DNA of 64,000 nt from the human T2T-CHM13v2.0 reference genome, Homo sapiens. Position numbers and translations under genes: made by a program. The stretch's first letter is position 1, and each line of letters opens with the position of its first letter. Shown piece by piece: positions 1 through 13,579 of the stretch. The DNA lies in NCBI RefSeq assembly GCF_009914755.1, contig NC_060936.1. One strand, written 5' to 3'. Under the pieces are notes generated by a model. The model did not search any database. It had not been told where the DNA came from and was given only the letters and a program-made list of their open reading frames with translations.

Positions 1-120
1 CATGACTCTGGTGTTGACCATTAGGTTTTTATCGTGGTCAGCAGCTGTGGGGAATATTGAGTTTTTGGTCAGTGAGATGAAGAAGTCTATATTGCAGACA
101 GTCACACAGGCAAGGGAAGT

Positions 121-435
121 TTTTTTTTGTTTGTTTTTTTGAGATGGAGTCTCGCTCCCACCCAGGGTCGAGTAGAAGGGCACGATTTCAGCTCACTGCA
201 ACCTCTGCCTCCTGGATGGGTTCAAGCGATTCTTCTACTCTCCTGCCTTAGCTTCCCAAGTAGCTGGGACTACAGGCATGCACCACCACACCCAGCGAAT
301 TTTTTTAGTTTTTAGTAGAGACGGGGTTTCACTATATGTTGGCCAGGCTGGTCTCAAACTCATGACCTCAGGTGATCTGCCTGCCTCGGCCTCCCAGAGT
401 GCTGGGATTACAGGCATGAGCCACTGTGCCCTGCT
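121..435 (-). mobile_element. Alu (AluS-type)
   Basis: Antisense Alu dimer; TSD GGGAAGTTTT at 114-123 and 436-445. Confidence 0.93.
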
Positions 436-695
436 GGGAAGTTTTAACTAGGCCAAGATGGAGGGCTATAGCTGGGTTTCAGATAACTTACGTTAGATCT
501 AAAAATGGATGCTGAGTCAGCAACCATAATAAAGAAATTTTTGACACTTTTTAATTTTAGCCCAGTCTTATAGGTAAGTGATAAGTCATTGTCATGTTAA
601 TTTGCACTTCCCTAATGGCAGATGATGTTAAATATCTTTTCATGTGCATATTTGCCATTTGTATGTCTTGTTTGGTGAAGTGTCTCTTCACGTCT

Positions 696-1050
696 GTATG
701 ACTTTGTCAGGGCTCCCATAACAGAATGCTACAAACTGGGTGACTTAAACAATGGAAATTTTTTTTCTCCAGTTTTGGAGGCTAGAAGTCCAAGATCAAG
801 TTTCTTCTGAGGTCTCTCTGCTTAGCTTGCAGATGGCTGCATTCTCATATTCTCACATGATCTCTTTATGTATCCAAATTTTCTCCTTTTTAAAAGGACA
901 GTAATCACATTAGATTAGGGCCCACCCAATGGCCTCATGTTAATTTGATCACCTCTTTAAAGACCCTAGCTCCAAATACAGTCTGTTCTGAGGTACAGGG
1001 GTTAGAGCTTCAACATATGAGTTTCGGGGGTATACATTTCAGCTGCTAAT
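696..1050 (-). mobile_element. MLT1-family solo LTR
   Basis: gggctcccataacagaatgctacaaactgggtgacttaaac ... ggttagagcttcaacatatgag MaLR motifs. Confidence 0.75.
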
Positions 1051-1189
1051 TGTGTCTTTTGCCTATTTCCTAGTTGATTATTTATTTTACTGTCAAGTTT
1101 TGAGAGCTGTTTATATATCTTAGGCACTAGTCACTTTGTTGTGATTTGCAGTTATTTTCTCCCAGTCTGTAGCTTGTCTTTTCCACCTT

Positions 1190-1547
1190 TGTATTAGTCT
1201 GTTCTCACGCTGCTAATAAAAACATACCCAAGACGGGGTACTTTATAAAGGAAGGAGGTTGAATTGACTCAGTTACACATGGCTGGGGAGGCCTCACAAT
1301 CATGGCAGAAGGCAAGGAGGAGCAAAGTCACGTCTTACATGGTGATAGGCAAGACAGTGTGTGCAGGGGAACTCCCATTTATAAAACCATCAGATCTTGT
1401 GAGATTACTATCTCACTAGAATAGCATGGGAAAGACCCATCCCCATGATTCAATTACCTCCTACCAATTCCCTCCCATGACACGTGGGAATTATGGGAAC
1501 TACAATTCGAGATGAGATTTGGGTGGGGACACAGCCAAACCACATCA
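1190..1547 (-). mobile_element. THE1 solo LTR
   Basis: TGTATTAGTCTGTTCTCACGCTGCT ... GGGGACACAGCCAAACCACATCA termini. Confidence 0.9.
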
Positions 1548-2279
1548 GCCTCATAACAGTCTTTCCCAGAGCAAAAGTTTTAATTTTGATGAAGTCTATT
1601 CGACCAATTTTTCCTTTTATGAATTGTGCTTTTCATGTCAAGTCTGAGTTTTCTTTGCCTAGCCTGAGATCCCAAAGATTGTCTTCTGTGTTTTTAAGTT
1701 TATAATTTTACCTTTAACATTCAAGTTCATGATTAATTTTGAGTTAATTTTTGTATAAAGTGTGAAAGTTAAGGTTGAGCTTCTTTTTTCTTTTTTTTTT
1801 GCCTATAGATATCCAACTGCTGTGGTACATCTCTTCCATTGAATTGCTTTTACATTGTTGTAAAAAATCAGTTGAGCATATTTGTTGTTTTTATATCTGG
1901 GTCTTCTGTTTCATTGATTTATGTATTCCTCAGCCAATACTACACAGTCTTGATTACTATAGCTATATAGTAGGTCTTGGAGTTTAGTAGTTTGCTTCTT
2001 CTCACTTTATTCATCTCTTTCAAAATTGTTTTAGCGGTTTGTTTTCTTTTACTTCCTATGTAAATTTTAGGTTAAACTTGTCTATTGTCTACTTGCTGGG
2101 ATTCTGATATTAAATTTATATATCAATTGGAGAATTGACAGTTTTTACCATATTAAAATTTCCAGTCTGTCATTATGGCATGCCTGCTTATTTATTTAGA
2201 TATTCTTTGACTTCTTTTATTGGTGTTTTGTAGTTTCCAGCATAAAAGATACTGTACATGTTTGGTTACAATAATTTCT

Positions 2280-2690
2280 GTCTCCTCATGCCCACTTAAG
2301 GACACCTCTCCAGCAGTTCTCTACACTTAACATCATTAGTTTTTGGCTCTACCAGATCATTTCTGTTAGTGATCATTTCTCTCATCTTACAAAACAAAAG
2401 CAAAATAAAAAACTTTATTTTTCTTTGATTCCATGTCACTTCTGGCTACCGCCCAACTTCTTTGTAATAAAATTCTTAAAAAGTTGTCTGTACTTGCTGT
2501 TCCCAGTTCCTTTTCTCCCATCTTTTCTTAAGTCAACTGCAGCCTAACATGTGCCCCACTTTCCAAGTAATGTGACCTCTATATTGTTAAATCCAATGAT
2601 TACTTGCAGTCTTCATTCTTCCTGACTTTTCAATAGCATTGATGTAGTTGATCTCTCTTTGATAAACTTCTTCACTTTTCTTCAGGGAAA
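2280..2690 (+). mobile_element. L2 fragment (RT region)
   Basis: aaatccaatgattacttgcagtcttcattcttcctgacttttcaatagcattgatgtagttgatc resembles L2 ORF2. Confidence 0.6.
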
Positions 2691-2752
2691 TACAAATCAA
2701 ACAAGATAAAATTAGGTAGCCATTGGATCTCCCCAAATTAAGAAGTCCGATA

Positions 2753-3129
<377 letters not shown>

Positions 3130-3291
3130 TTACTACTACCTTGAAAGATAGTTGAAGATACTTATAAGTTCTATTAAAACTAATACGTACTTACCCTAGA
3201 GAAACTTTTACAGATGAGACCCATATAAGATTGTTCATTGCAGTATGGTTTGTAGTAGCAAAAAGTGTTAAGCGACTTGTATTTTAATAGG

Positions 3292-3676
3292 TGCTTTGTT
3301 TTGAATGTCTCCTCTAAAACTTATGTTGAAAGTTAATTGTCATTGTGATGGTATTAAGAGGTGGGACTGCTGAGAGGTGATTAGGCTAAGAGGGCTCTGC
3401 CTTCATGAATGGATTAATGTCCTTATCAAGAGAGTGAGTTTGTTACTCGAGAGTGGGTGGTTCTAAAAGTAAGTTTAGTCCTCTCGTTTGCTGTCTCATG
3501 CTGTCTTGCCCTTGCACCTTCTACCATGGGATGATGCAGCAAGAATGGCCTTGCCAGATGTGGGCCCCTTCACCTTGGACTACTCAGCCTTCAGAACTGT
3601 AAGAAATACTTTATTTTCTTTATAAATTACCCAGTCACTAGTGTTCTGTTATAGCAACACAAAATGGACTAAGACA
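3292..3676 (+). mobile_element. MST/MLT1A-type MaLR solo LTR inside an L1 fragment
   Basis: tgctttgttttgaatgtctcctc ... atagcaacacaaaatggactaagaca. Confidence 0.8.
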
Positions 3677-4629
3677 GTAGGAGAATATATCTGGCTTATT
3701 CATGTAATGTAATACCATTTAGCAATTACATTGAATAAAGTAGAGCTACATGTATCAGCACAGATAAATCTCAAAAACATAATGTTAACTGAAAAATTCT
3801 AGGTGTGATAGGGTAAGTACTGTATGATGTATTTGTATATAACTGAGTGTTAAGTGGGTTTTTTCTTGTCACCTTAGCGTTTTTCCTGGAGCCTAAAGCT
3901 AAGGATAGTAGCTGATAAAGCTGATAAAGCTGCATTATAAAGAGATGGTGTTGAATTTTTTGGCAAGTGGCCATGATTTGTTCTGGAACTTTAGCACCTC
4001 CAGCCTATACAAGATAAAAAAAGAATTTAATTTGAGGAAGGATTCTTTGAAGAGTTATCAGCTCAAAATGGAGTGCTATAGTCTTTACATTATCTTCTCT
4101 GTGGGTGAAAAACAATTTCTCTGAGAGATTGGGGGACTTTTCAGGAAGGAAGATGGTCCTTTAGCTGGATGCCTGCTGGGTTGCAGAAAATAGTTAGGCC
4201 TCCCTCCCTGGAATGTTACCTGAGTAAAGTGTTAGAGAATTCTTGGGAAAAGTATGATTTGGGTCTCCTGGAGTTATGGAAGGCCCAGAGACTGAGGCCT
4301 GCTGCTGCATTCCTGGAGAAGAATAAATGTAACAGATATATAAAATAGCTTTGCAGTGGAAAAGCTGGAAGAGAGGGCTTTCACTATGTGTCCAGTGATA
4401 TTGAGTCAAGAGCATTTCCTTTGGGCCAGGCAAACACTTTAGATGCTGTTCAGTCTAGTGACATCTTGAAAGAAACTTAAAGAAAGTTGCCTGCTCAGCA
4501 GACACAACCTCAGATATGTTCCACTGGAGTAGGAGCTGAGCAAGAGTTTTAAGAATTGTGCTGGAGAATGTCTCGTTTGTACCAGAGAATATTACAGAGG
4601 GAAGTCTTGTCAGAGAAAGCCAGAAGTGG

Positions 4630-5028
4630 ACAGTGACTGAAGTGATAAACAACAGATTTTATTCAGGAACTTTGCAATAGTGGAAAAAATACCTCAGTGT
4701 AGAACTGGGCTCAATTCCAAATACAGCAAGGACAGGTGGGGATTTATAGTCAGCAAGCAGAATGAGGGGTAGTCAGCAGATGGAAAATTACCAAGAGAAG
4801 ACATCAGGGGCGGGGGATTCTTGCTAAAACAACTTAACAGAATTCCCCACCTTTAGTATCTGATGACCTTGGCCTGCCTGACTTAGGTCTGATTGACTTA
4901 GCAGAATTCTTGCAAAAATTGGGATATGCAGGCCCCCAAATGGCAAGGGTTGACGTTGAGGCCTAGTTGAGAAGAGGGCTCAGAGGAGGCTGACTAAAGT
5001 TTGGTCAAGTAGAAAGTTAGTCCCCACA
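4630..5028 (-). mobile_element. MER31/MER67-like ERV1 LTR
   Basis: Minus strand cttgaccaaactttagtcagcctcctctgagccctcttctcaactaggcctc matches the recalled 5' part of MER31. Confidence 0.6.
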
Positions 5029-5140
5029 GGGTGAATTTCAGATCTCTCAAAATGTCCTGCAAGAGAGAGCCCAAGGTTAGGTTTCTCCCATGATTGAGGG
5101 TATTTGATAGCTAAGAGAAAACTACAAAACTCCAGTCATG

Positions 5141-5515
5141 TGTATTAGTCTGTTTTCACACTGCTATAAAGAAATACCCGAGACTGGGTAATTTATAAAG
5201 GAAAGAGATTTAATTGACTCACAGTGCCACATGGCTGGGGAGGCCTCAGGAAACTTGCAATCACAGTGGAAGGGGAAGCAGACACGTCTTACATGGTGGC
5301 AGGAAAGAGGAGAGGGGTACGTGAAGGAGGAACTATCAAACGCTTATGAAACCATCAGATCTCATAACTGTCTATTTATGAACTCACTATCATGAGAACA
5401 ACATGGTGGAAACCGCCCCCATGATCAATCACCTCCCATCAGGTGCTTCGCACAACACCTGGGGAATACAGTTCAAGATGAGATTTGGATGGGGACACAG
5501 AGCCAAACCGTATCA
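5141..5515 (-). mobile_element. THE1D-like solo LTR
   Basis: TG...CA termini, THE1 motifs, 5-bp TSD tcatg/ccatg. Confidence 0.9.
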
Positions 5516-5569
5516 CCATGGAATACAGATTTTATCTCTTCTCACTTCTCCACTTTTATTTTCATCCTT

Positions 5570-6035
5570 TAATAGGCACAATAATGGTTTCCCAAAGATA
5601 TCAGGTCCTAATCTCTGGAACCTATAAATGTTACCTTATCAGGAAAAAGAGTTTTTACAGAAATAATTAAGTATCTTGAGATGGAGGGATTATTTTGGTT
5701 AGCTGAGCCCTAAATGTAATCACATATATCCATATAAGAGGGAGGTGGAGGGAGATTTGAACATATACACAGAGGAGAAGGCAATGTAAAAACAGTGGAG
5801 AGAGATTTGAAAATGTTTGCCTTGATTATGCCAGAGGGCTAGAAGAGGCAAGGAACAGATTCTCCCCTAGAGCCTCTGGAGGGAGCAGAGTGTGTGGCCC
5901 TACTGACATTTTGACTTTAGTCCAGTGATGATTTTCGACTTCTGACCTCTAGAACTATAAGATAATGAATTTGTGTTGTTTTAAACCACTAAATTTGTGG
6001 CGATTTATTAGAGCAACAGTACTAAACTAAACTAG
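5570..6035 (+). mobile_element. MLT1 (D/E-like) solo LTR
   Basis: ataatggtttcccaaagatatcaggtcctaatctctggaacctataaatgttacc ... gattctcccctagagcctctggagggagc. Confidence 0.75.
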
Positions 6036-6060
6036 CACATATACCACCACACAACATATA

Positions 6061-7505
6061 CAGATTTCAAAAAGTTCATGGAAAATGGGTATTATGAAAA
6101 AACTATACAGGGATTTCAAAAATTTTTTTGCACCAAAATAAACTTTTAACTAGTTGTAACATGTCTAAACCATATCTAGTTTGAGGCATTAAGGAGGATA
6201 AGACATCAGTTTGAAAAGAGCCCCTATCAGAGCAACATGAATTCTACTAAAATTGAAACAAGAACAAACATCAAATTTATGGTGAAGCTCGGGTAGAAGA
6301 TGGTGAAATCATTGATGCTTTGTGAAAAGTTTATGGAGACAATGCCCCAAAGAAATCAGCAGTATATAAATGGATAACTTGTTTTAAGAAAGGATAAGAT
6401 GATGTTGAAGGTGAAGCTGGTGGCAGAAGACCATCGACATCAATTTGTGAGGAAAAAATTCATCTTATTCATGCCCTAATTGAACAGGGTGGAAGATTAA
6501 CAGCAGAAACAGTAACGAACACCATAGACATCTCAATTGGTTCAGCTTATACAATTCTGACTGAAAAATTAAAGTTGAGCCAACTTTCCACGAGATGGGT
6601 GCCAAAACCCTTGCATACATATTGGCTGCAGACAGGAGCAGAGTTTTTAATCAAGATCCTGAAGCATTTATTTGAAGAATTGTAACAGGAGATGAACATG
6701 TCTTTACTAGTACGATCCTGAAGACAAAGCACAGTCAAAGCAATGGCTACCAGTGGTCTACTCAAAGCAAAAGCAAAAATTCAGGAGTAAAGGTTGTGGT
6801 AACAGAATTTTGGATGCTTAAGGCATTTTGCTCGTTGACTTTCTGGAATGCCAAAGAATGACAACATCTGCTTATTATGAGAAGGCTAGCCAAAGCTTTA
6901 GCAGAGAAAAATGCCTGGGAAAGCTTTAACAGAGAGTCCTTCTCTACTATGACAATGCTCCTGCTAATTTCTCTCATCAAACAAGGACAGTTTTGTGAGT
7001 TTCAATGGGAAATCATTAGACTTCCACCTTACAGTTCTGAATTGGCTCCTTCTAACTTCTTTTTGTTCCCTAATCTTAAAACATCTTTAAAGGGCACCCA
7101 TTTTTTTCAGGTAATAATATGAAAAATATTGCATTAACTTGGTTAAATTGCCAGGACCTTCAGTTTTTTAGGGTTGGACTAGATGATATCATCATTTACA
7201 AAAGTGTCTTGAACTTGATGGGGCTTATGTTGAGAAGTGAAGTTTATATTTTTAATCTTTTGATTCCATTTTTTTTGCAAACTTTTTGAAGTCCCCTCAT
7301 ACTCGTCACCTTACGATGGGACCACATCCCAGTAAACTCATTAGTCAGAAATGCATTTAATAGTCTGTTAAATCCATCATAAAGTTAAAAATTATAAGTT
7401 GAACCATTGTGAGTCCAGATACTTTTCTACTTATGATGGTGGTTATGTCCTGATAAACCCATCGTAAACTTGAAAAAATTATTGTTCACCATCCTTAGTC
7501 ATCTG
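6061..7505. mobile_element. MER47/Tigger5-type MITE split by HSMAR2 (6061-6065 plus 7300-7505)
   Basis: TA-CAGAT...ACTCGTCACCTTACGATGGG ... CATCTG-TA; internal tgataaacccatcgtaa. Confidence 0.75.
6066..7299 (+). mobile_element. HSMAR2 mariner, near full length, transposase pseudogene (ATG 6237, stop 7238-7240)
   Basis: MNSTKIETRTNIKFMVKLG start; WVPK, TGDE, DNA and YSSELAPSNF motifs; TIRs ttcaaaaagttcatggaaaatg / aactttttgaagtcccctca+TA; in-frame TAG at 6294 plus frameshifts. Confidence 0.93.
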
Positions 7506-8010
7506 TAATAATTTATTTGCATAGCATGGGCACACATAATAGGTCATTTAATTGCCTGGGACAGGGAAGGCTATGGTGACTCTTGAATTGTGAATTGAAT
7601 TGTGATTTCTAAAGGTTTGCCTGAGCCTGAGATGGGATGTGTCTTCTAAGTAGAATAGCTAACATGAGCACAAAGATACTGAGGTTTTTAAAAGTACATG
7701 ACTTCTTGGAATGGCTGGTGTACGTAAATGTGTAGGATGTGTAGAAGGGAATGGTGGATACTAAAGCTGGAAAAAGCAAACTGGGACCACTTCATGAAGG
7801 ATTTTGTATGATTGCCGAAATGTCCTCTCTTTACCCTTATATGTATGATTTTAAGGATTTTAAGTAAGGGAGTGATAGGGACAGTAATATGGGTAGACCA
7901 TTTGTGATAATATTAATACAGAGGAAGGGACGGATTTATTTTGAGAAAAGAAGCATTGCGACTTGGTGAATATTTGAAGCTGTGGGATAAAGAATCAAGG
8001 GGGAATTAGT

Positions 8011-8602
8011 TTTCTTTTTCTTTCTTTTCTTTCTTTCTTTTTTTTTTTTAAAGAGATGGGATCTTGCTCTGTTGCCCAGGAGTGCAGTGGTGTGATCACA
8101 GTTTACTGTAGGCTCAAGTGATCCTCCCACCACAACCTCCTGAGTTGCTGGGATTACAGGTGTGTGCCATTAAGCCTGGCTAATTTTTTTTATTTTTATT
8201 TTTATTTATTTTTGAGACAGAGTCTTGCTCTGTCGTCCAGGCTGTAGTGCAGTGGCACGATCTGGGTTGAAGTGAATCTCCTGCCTCAGCCCCCTGAGTA
8301 GCTGGGATGGCAGGCACCTGCCACCATGCCTGGCTAATTTTTGTATTTTAGTAGAGATGGGGTTTTACCATGTTGGTCACACTGGTCTTGAACTCCTGAA
8401 CTCAAGCAGTCCACCCGCCTCGGCCTCCCAAAGTGCTGGGATTACAGGCATGAGTCACTGTGCCTGGCCTTTTTAATTTTTATTTTTAGAGACAGTCTCA
8501 CTATGTTCCTCAGGCTGGTCTCAAACTCCTGGCCGCATGTGGTCCTTCCCCATCAGCCTCATGAGTTGTGGGGATTATAGGTATGCACCACTGCACCCAG
8601 CT
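8011..8602 (-). mobile_element. AluJ with a younger AluS (8192-8469) inserted in its central A-rich linker
   Basis: Right monomer, then a second Alu, then the left monomer, all antisense. Confidence 0.85.
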
Positions 8603-9511
8603 GAATTTTTCTAGCTTGGACATTTTGATAGTTAGAAATGCCTTCTAGTAAATAGCACAGGAAAGGTGGAAGTATAAATTTTGGGGATGGTGGAAAGGAA
8701 AAAAAATCTTTAGATGATCTTCTAAAATTGCATATCTAATTCTGTTACTTCCTTCCTCAAAACTCCCTGATTGATCTCCGTTGCCTGCTGAACTAGATGC
8801 CTAAATGTCTTTACTTATTCTCAGTCGAAGATGGGGTTTTTGCACTTCTCCTAAGAGATAGTTTACAATACTTCTTAGGATTTTCAGTTACGTATCTTTG
8901 CCATTCAAATTACATTTTGGTAATTACATTTAGATAATTTACATGTGCACTTGATGCAAACATTTAAAAAACCAAAATAAAACAACTTAAAATACTTGAA
9001 GGTACTTCTTCCTTGAAATTTTCCAGAGTCGTTTTATGTCTGCCCTAGTTTTTTGGGCCCTAATGGAAATGTCACCACGACTTGAGTGTGGGCTGCTGAT
9101 AAGAACAGTTGGCCTGTGGTAGAGAAGGGAGGTCAAGGGGAAGAGTGAAGGTCACTTTCATAATATTATCATCGACTAGGAGATACATAAAAATAATACT
9201 GGTCATAATCTTTACAGGATGAAATCGAGAATCTCCAATGAAATATTAAATTGGCCATATTCTATAATGTAACAGCCTGTTGGCATTTTTATGCCCAATG
9301 AAGTGGGCATTTTTATCCATATACAGTGTTATGCATTCCCTGGAATATATTTGAATAAGGATGATTGAACAGCTTTATGATGAAGAAACACTAAATACAT
9401 TGACTATTAAAAAATGGAGGAAAAATAATAGGAAATAAGGAAGTATTCTCATTTTACTTTTCCAATATTGCATTTGATGTTTTTGCCAATGCCATCGGCC
9501 ATAGAGTGAAA

Positions 9512-9578
9512 ACACACACTCTGTCTCTCCCTCTCTCTCTCTCTCTCTCTCTGTCGCTTGTGTGTGTGTGCGCGCGCA
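9512..9578. repeat. Compound microsatellite (CA)n(CT)n(TG)n(CG)n
   Basis: Directly visible. Confidence 0.9.
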
Positions 9579-9782
9579 GGAGAGTTGATGGTATTCTTAC
9601 AGTATTCAAAGGTATCTAAAATCAGAGATGATATTTTAACATTGTGGCTGGATATAAGATAAATCTGTGAACATTAGTAGTAAAACCATATACTAGTTAT
9701 AACCAGCTCCAAAATACAATGAAAATGATTTATATAGATCCATTTACACACTACTTACCAAACTAAACAACTCTCAGAATCA

Positions 9783-10310
9783 TATTAGTCCGGATAAGCT
9801 ATGTTTTGCTGCAGTAACAACCCTAAATTTCAGTGGCTTAGCTGAGTGTGGTTGTGTGCACCTGTACTACCAACTACTCAGGAGGCTGAGACAGGAGGAT
9901 TGCTTGAGCCCAGGAGTTCCAGGCTGTAGTGGTGATGATCACGTCTGTGCATAGCCACTGTACTCTAGCCTGGGCAACATAGTGAGACCCTGTCCCTTAA
10001 AAAAATGTTAGTAGTTATGCTACACATACATTGTGGGTGGGATAGTAGGTTTTCTATCCAGTGATTATCTCTACTCTCTAGAAGATTGCCAGTCTCCTTG
10101 GCAGATGGAAAGAGAGACTGGGGAATTGCATGTTGGCTCTTAAACTTGTTCTCTGAAAGCAACAGATCCTTTTTATTCATATTCCATTGGTTAAGATCAC
10201 ATGGTCAATCACTTGGACACACTTATCTTTCAAAGGGCCAAGGGTGTACAGTTCAACTTTGTACCTGAGAAGAGAACTGAAAATATTTCATGAATAGCAC
10301 TAATAATTGT
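9783..10310 (-). mobile_element. Old MLT1 (J/K-like) LTR interrupted by a + strand Alu right monomer (9839-10005)
   Basis: tattagtccggataagctatgttttgctgcagtaacaaccctaaatttcagtggctta start; cattccattgg-like motif later. Confidence 0.6.
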
Positions 10311-10572
10311 AGCAGTATTGAAATATAAAAATGAAAACCAAAAAAGCACAAGGAAAAGATTAATACATGTGACTATAAAGGGTATAATCTCTGAATTATA
10401 TTGAAAGCATAAATGAACAGTTCTAAACATGGAAGTCTTTAGATCAGTATGAAAAAGATTAATCTATATATAAAAGTGTAATACAAATATATTAAGCAGA
10501 TTTCAGGAGTCAAGTACAATAAAATGACCAAAAGATATGAACAGGTAATTCCCAAAAGATGAACTAGGATAG

Positions 10573-10938
<366 letters not shown>

Positions 10939-11679
10939 TAAATAGTGGAGAATTTAAAAATAACACCCAGTGCCAGTGAGTTTATGGAGAAATAGTTAAT
11001 CATGTATTGCTGTTTGGATTATAATTCTTTTGCAAAACAATTTAGATACCATGTCAAGAACCATAAAAATATTCATACTCTTTAAGAATCCGTCTCTAGG
11101 AGTTTACCCCAGTTAAAATGAAGAAATATTAAATGAGTTAAAGAAAATATTTTTCAGTAGTGAGGAAGAATCCATCCATTTATTCTTTCATTTCATTTAA
11201 GGAGACCAGTATTATTTGTGCTAGGCTCTGTCCTAAGCACTGGACATACACAAATGATTAAGATAGGATTCCCACCCTGTCATAGCTTAAAGTCTAATGG
11301 TGAAGAGAATGTTAGGGGAAGACAGAGAAGAGGAAAGCCTAAAATACACAATCTCAGTTCAGTTAGGACATGTAAGAATAACCTAAAAATGTTCAGCAAC
11401 TGGGAAATGTTTCAGAACATTTTGATATATTGGTATATGCAGTGGTATATATTGGTATATGCAGAGTGACTAACTGTGGTTGAAAGGAATACTTACAAAA
11501 ACTATGTGTAATGGCATAAAGAAATGTAAAAGGAAAGAATATTAAGGGTGTGAGTACTATGATTATAGACTATATAAAAATACATAAACATTTGGGGAAA
11601 TAAAGATTGTAAAGGAGTGTTGAAAGAAATCCGAAAAAAAAAATAAGGTTAGATTAAAAACAATAGTTGCCCTTTAAAA

Positions 11680-12080
11680 TACATAACTTGAGTCTAGTAA
11701 TGAGAAAAACGTCAAAGAAATCCCAGTTGAGGGTCATACTACAAAATACCTGACTAGTTATTCTCAAAACTGTCAAGGTCATCAAAAACAAGGGAAGTCT
11801 GAGAAGTGTCACAGCCAAGAGTAGCCTAGGGAGCCATGATAACGACATGTAAGGTAGTATCCTGGATGGGATCCTGGAACAAAAAGAACATTGGACAAAA
11901 ACTAATGAACTCTGCACAAAGTATGGGCTTAGTTAATAATAGTGTATCAATATTGGTTCTTTAAAGGTAATGTATCATACTGTTAGCTGTTGTTAATAGG
12001 GGAAACAGCATGGGGAATATGAGAACTACTCTCTTGACATTGTTTTTGTAAATCTAGACCTCTTATAAAAAATGAAGCTT
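11680..12080 (+). mobile_element. L1MC/MD-type 3' end
   Basis: caaaactgtcaaggtcatcaaaaacaagggaagtctgagaagtgtcacag ... ggatcctggaacaaaaag. Confidence 0.7.
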
Positions 12081-12145
12081 TTTTTTAAAGAGATAGGAAG
12101 AGGAGAGAAACATATGCATATAGGCATTTACTTAAATGTTCATCA

Positions 12146-12440
<295 letters not shown>

Positions 12441-12649
12441 ATTCATTCATCAAATGTCTGTGGAAAGACATTATAATACACTGCATACAATACGATACAT
12501 ATATTGTTACAAATACATGTATAGATAGGGATTAATGCTAGAAGGAAATGAAGTGAAAACTGTTATTTAAGGGAGCTAAGGTTGATTAATATTTTCCCAA
12601 ATGTTTTCCTAAATCAGTTTTGTTCAGTCTTTCCTGAAAGACAGTTCAT

Positions 12650-13033
12650 CACAAAGTTAAATACCTCATGTTCTCACCCATACATGGAAGCTAAAGAAGT
12701 TAATCTCAGAAGTAGGGAGTAGAATAGTGGTTACTAGAGGCAGGAAAGAGGAGGAAGGAGATAGTTAAAGGTTGGTTAAGGGATATAAAAGTACAGCTAG
12801 TTAGGAGGAATAAGTCCTAGTGTTCTATAGTATTACAGACTAACAATTTATTGTATATTTTCAAATATACAAACACAGATTTTTAATGTTCTCAACACAA
12901 AGAAATGATCAATGTTTGAGGTGATAGATATGCTAATTATCCTGTTTTGGTCATTGTACATTGTATACCTGTATTGAAATATCACTCTGTATCCCATAAA
13001 TATGTACAATTATTGTGTCAATTAAAAATAAAA
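12650..13033 (+). mobile_element. L1MA-type 3' end
   Basis: atgttctcac ... agtagaatagtggttactagagg ... tgtcaattaaaaataaaa. Confidence 0.8.
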
Positions 13034-13083
13034 GCCGAGAAAACATGGTGTTTCAGGTAGGTTGTAAGAGTCTGTCTTGAGTA

Positions 13084-13102
13084 TAGTGCCATCTGCTGGC
13101 AA
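13084..13102 (-). promoter_or_regulatory. CTCF-like binding motif
   Basis: Minus strand TTGCCAGCAGATGGCACTA fits the CTCF core CCASYAGRKGGCRS; motif only. Confidence 0.55.
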
Positions 13103-13579
13103 TGTTAACTAATTACATTTTTAAAAAGTTATTTTATGATTTTATAGGGGAAACTGGTTTTTCTTGCCATTTTGTTATTCACTTGGTTATATATTTTTAT
13201 GCTTATGCCCTCTTTTTATTATGAACAATAAGCATTCCTTTAAAGATCCTTATGATATGCCTAGAATTTAGAAGAAATCACTACCTCAGGTTTTCCTTTG
13301 TTGCCAAATTTTTTTTGCCTATTTCTATGGCTGTAACAAAATGCCTTTATTTTGCAAATGTAATTTGGGGTGAAATAATTTTTTTTAAAAGGAGCTTTAT
13401 ACGTATGCTTTTTGTTTTATTTTGTTTTAAGAAGGTTCGTTAGTATTAGGTAGAATTTAGAAATGAATCAAGTACCCGTAGAGACCCAAAATACCATAAA
13501 TTTAATAGAATTAAATTTGAAGGGCAAGTCCCTTCCATTACCCTTCTTTCACAATATTCCTGAACTCACTATACTTAGT

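Larger units (their letters stand above)
541..2270 (-). mobile_element. Old L1M fragment interrupted by two MaLR LTRs
   Basis: Antisense L1 ORF2/3' motifs (e.g. tttgcacttccctaatggcagatgatgtt) that resume after each LTR. Confidence 0.7.

Noticed and set aside
3900-4620. Possible ERV internal sequence next to the MER31-like LTR
   Set aside because: No PBS, PPT or protein motif that I could identify; left unannotated.
6237-7240. HSMAR2 transposase as an active or SETMAR-like domesticated gene
   Set aside because: Stop at codon 20, further stops, frameshifts and deletions; SETMAR derives from Hsmar1, not Hsmar2.
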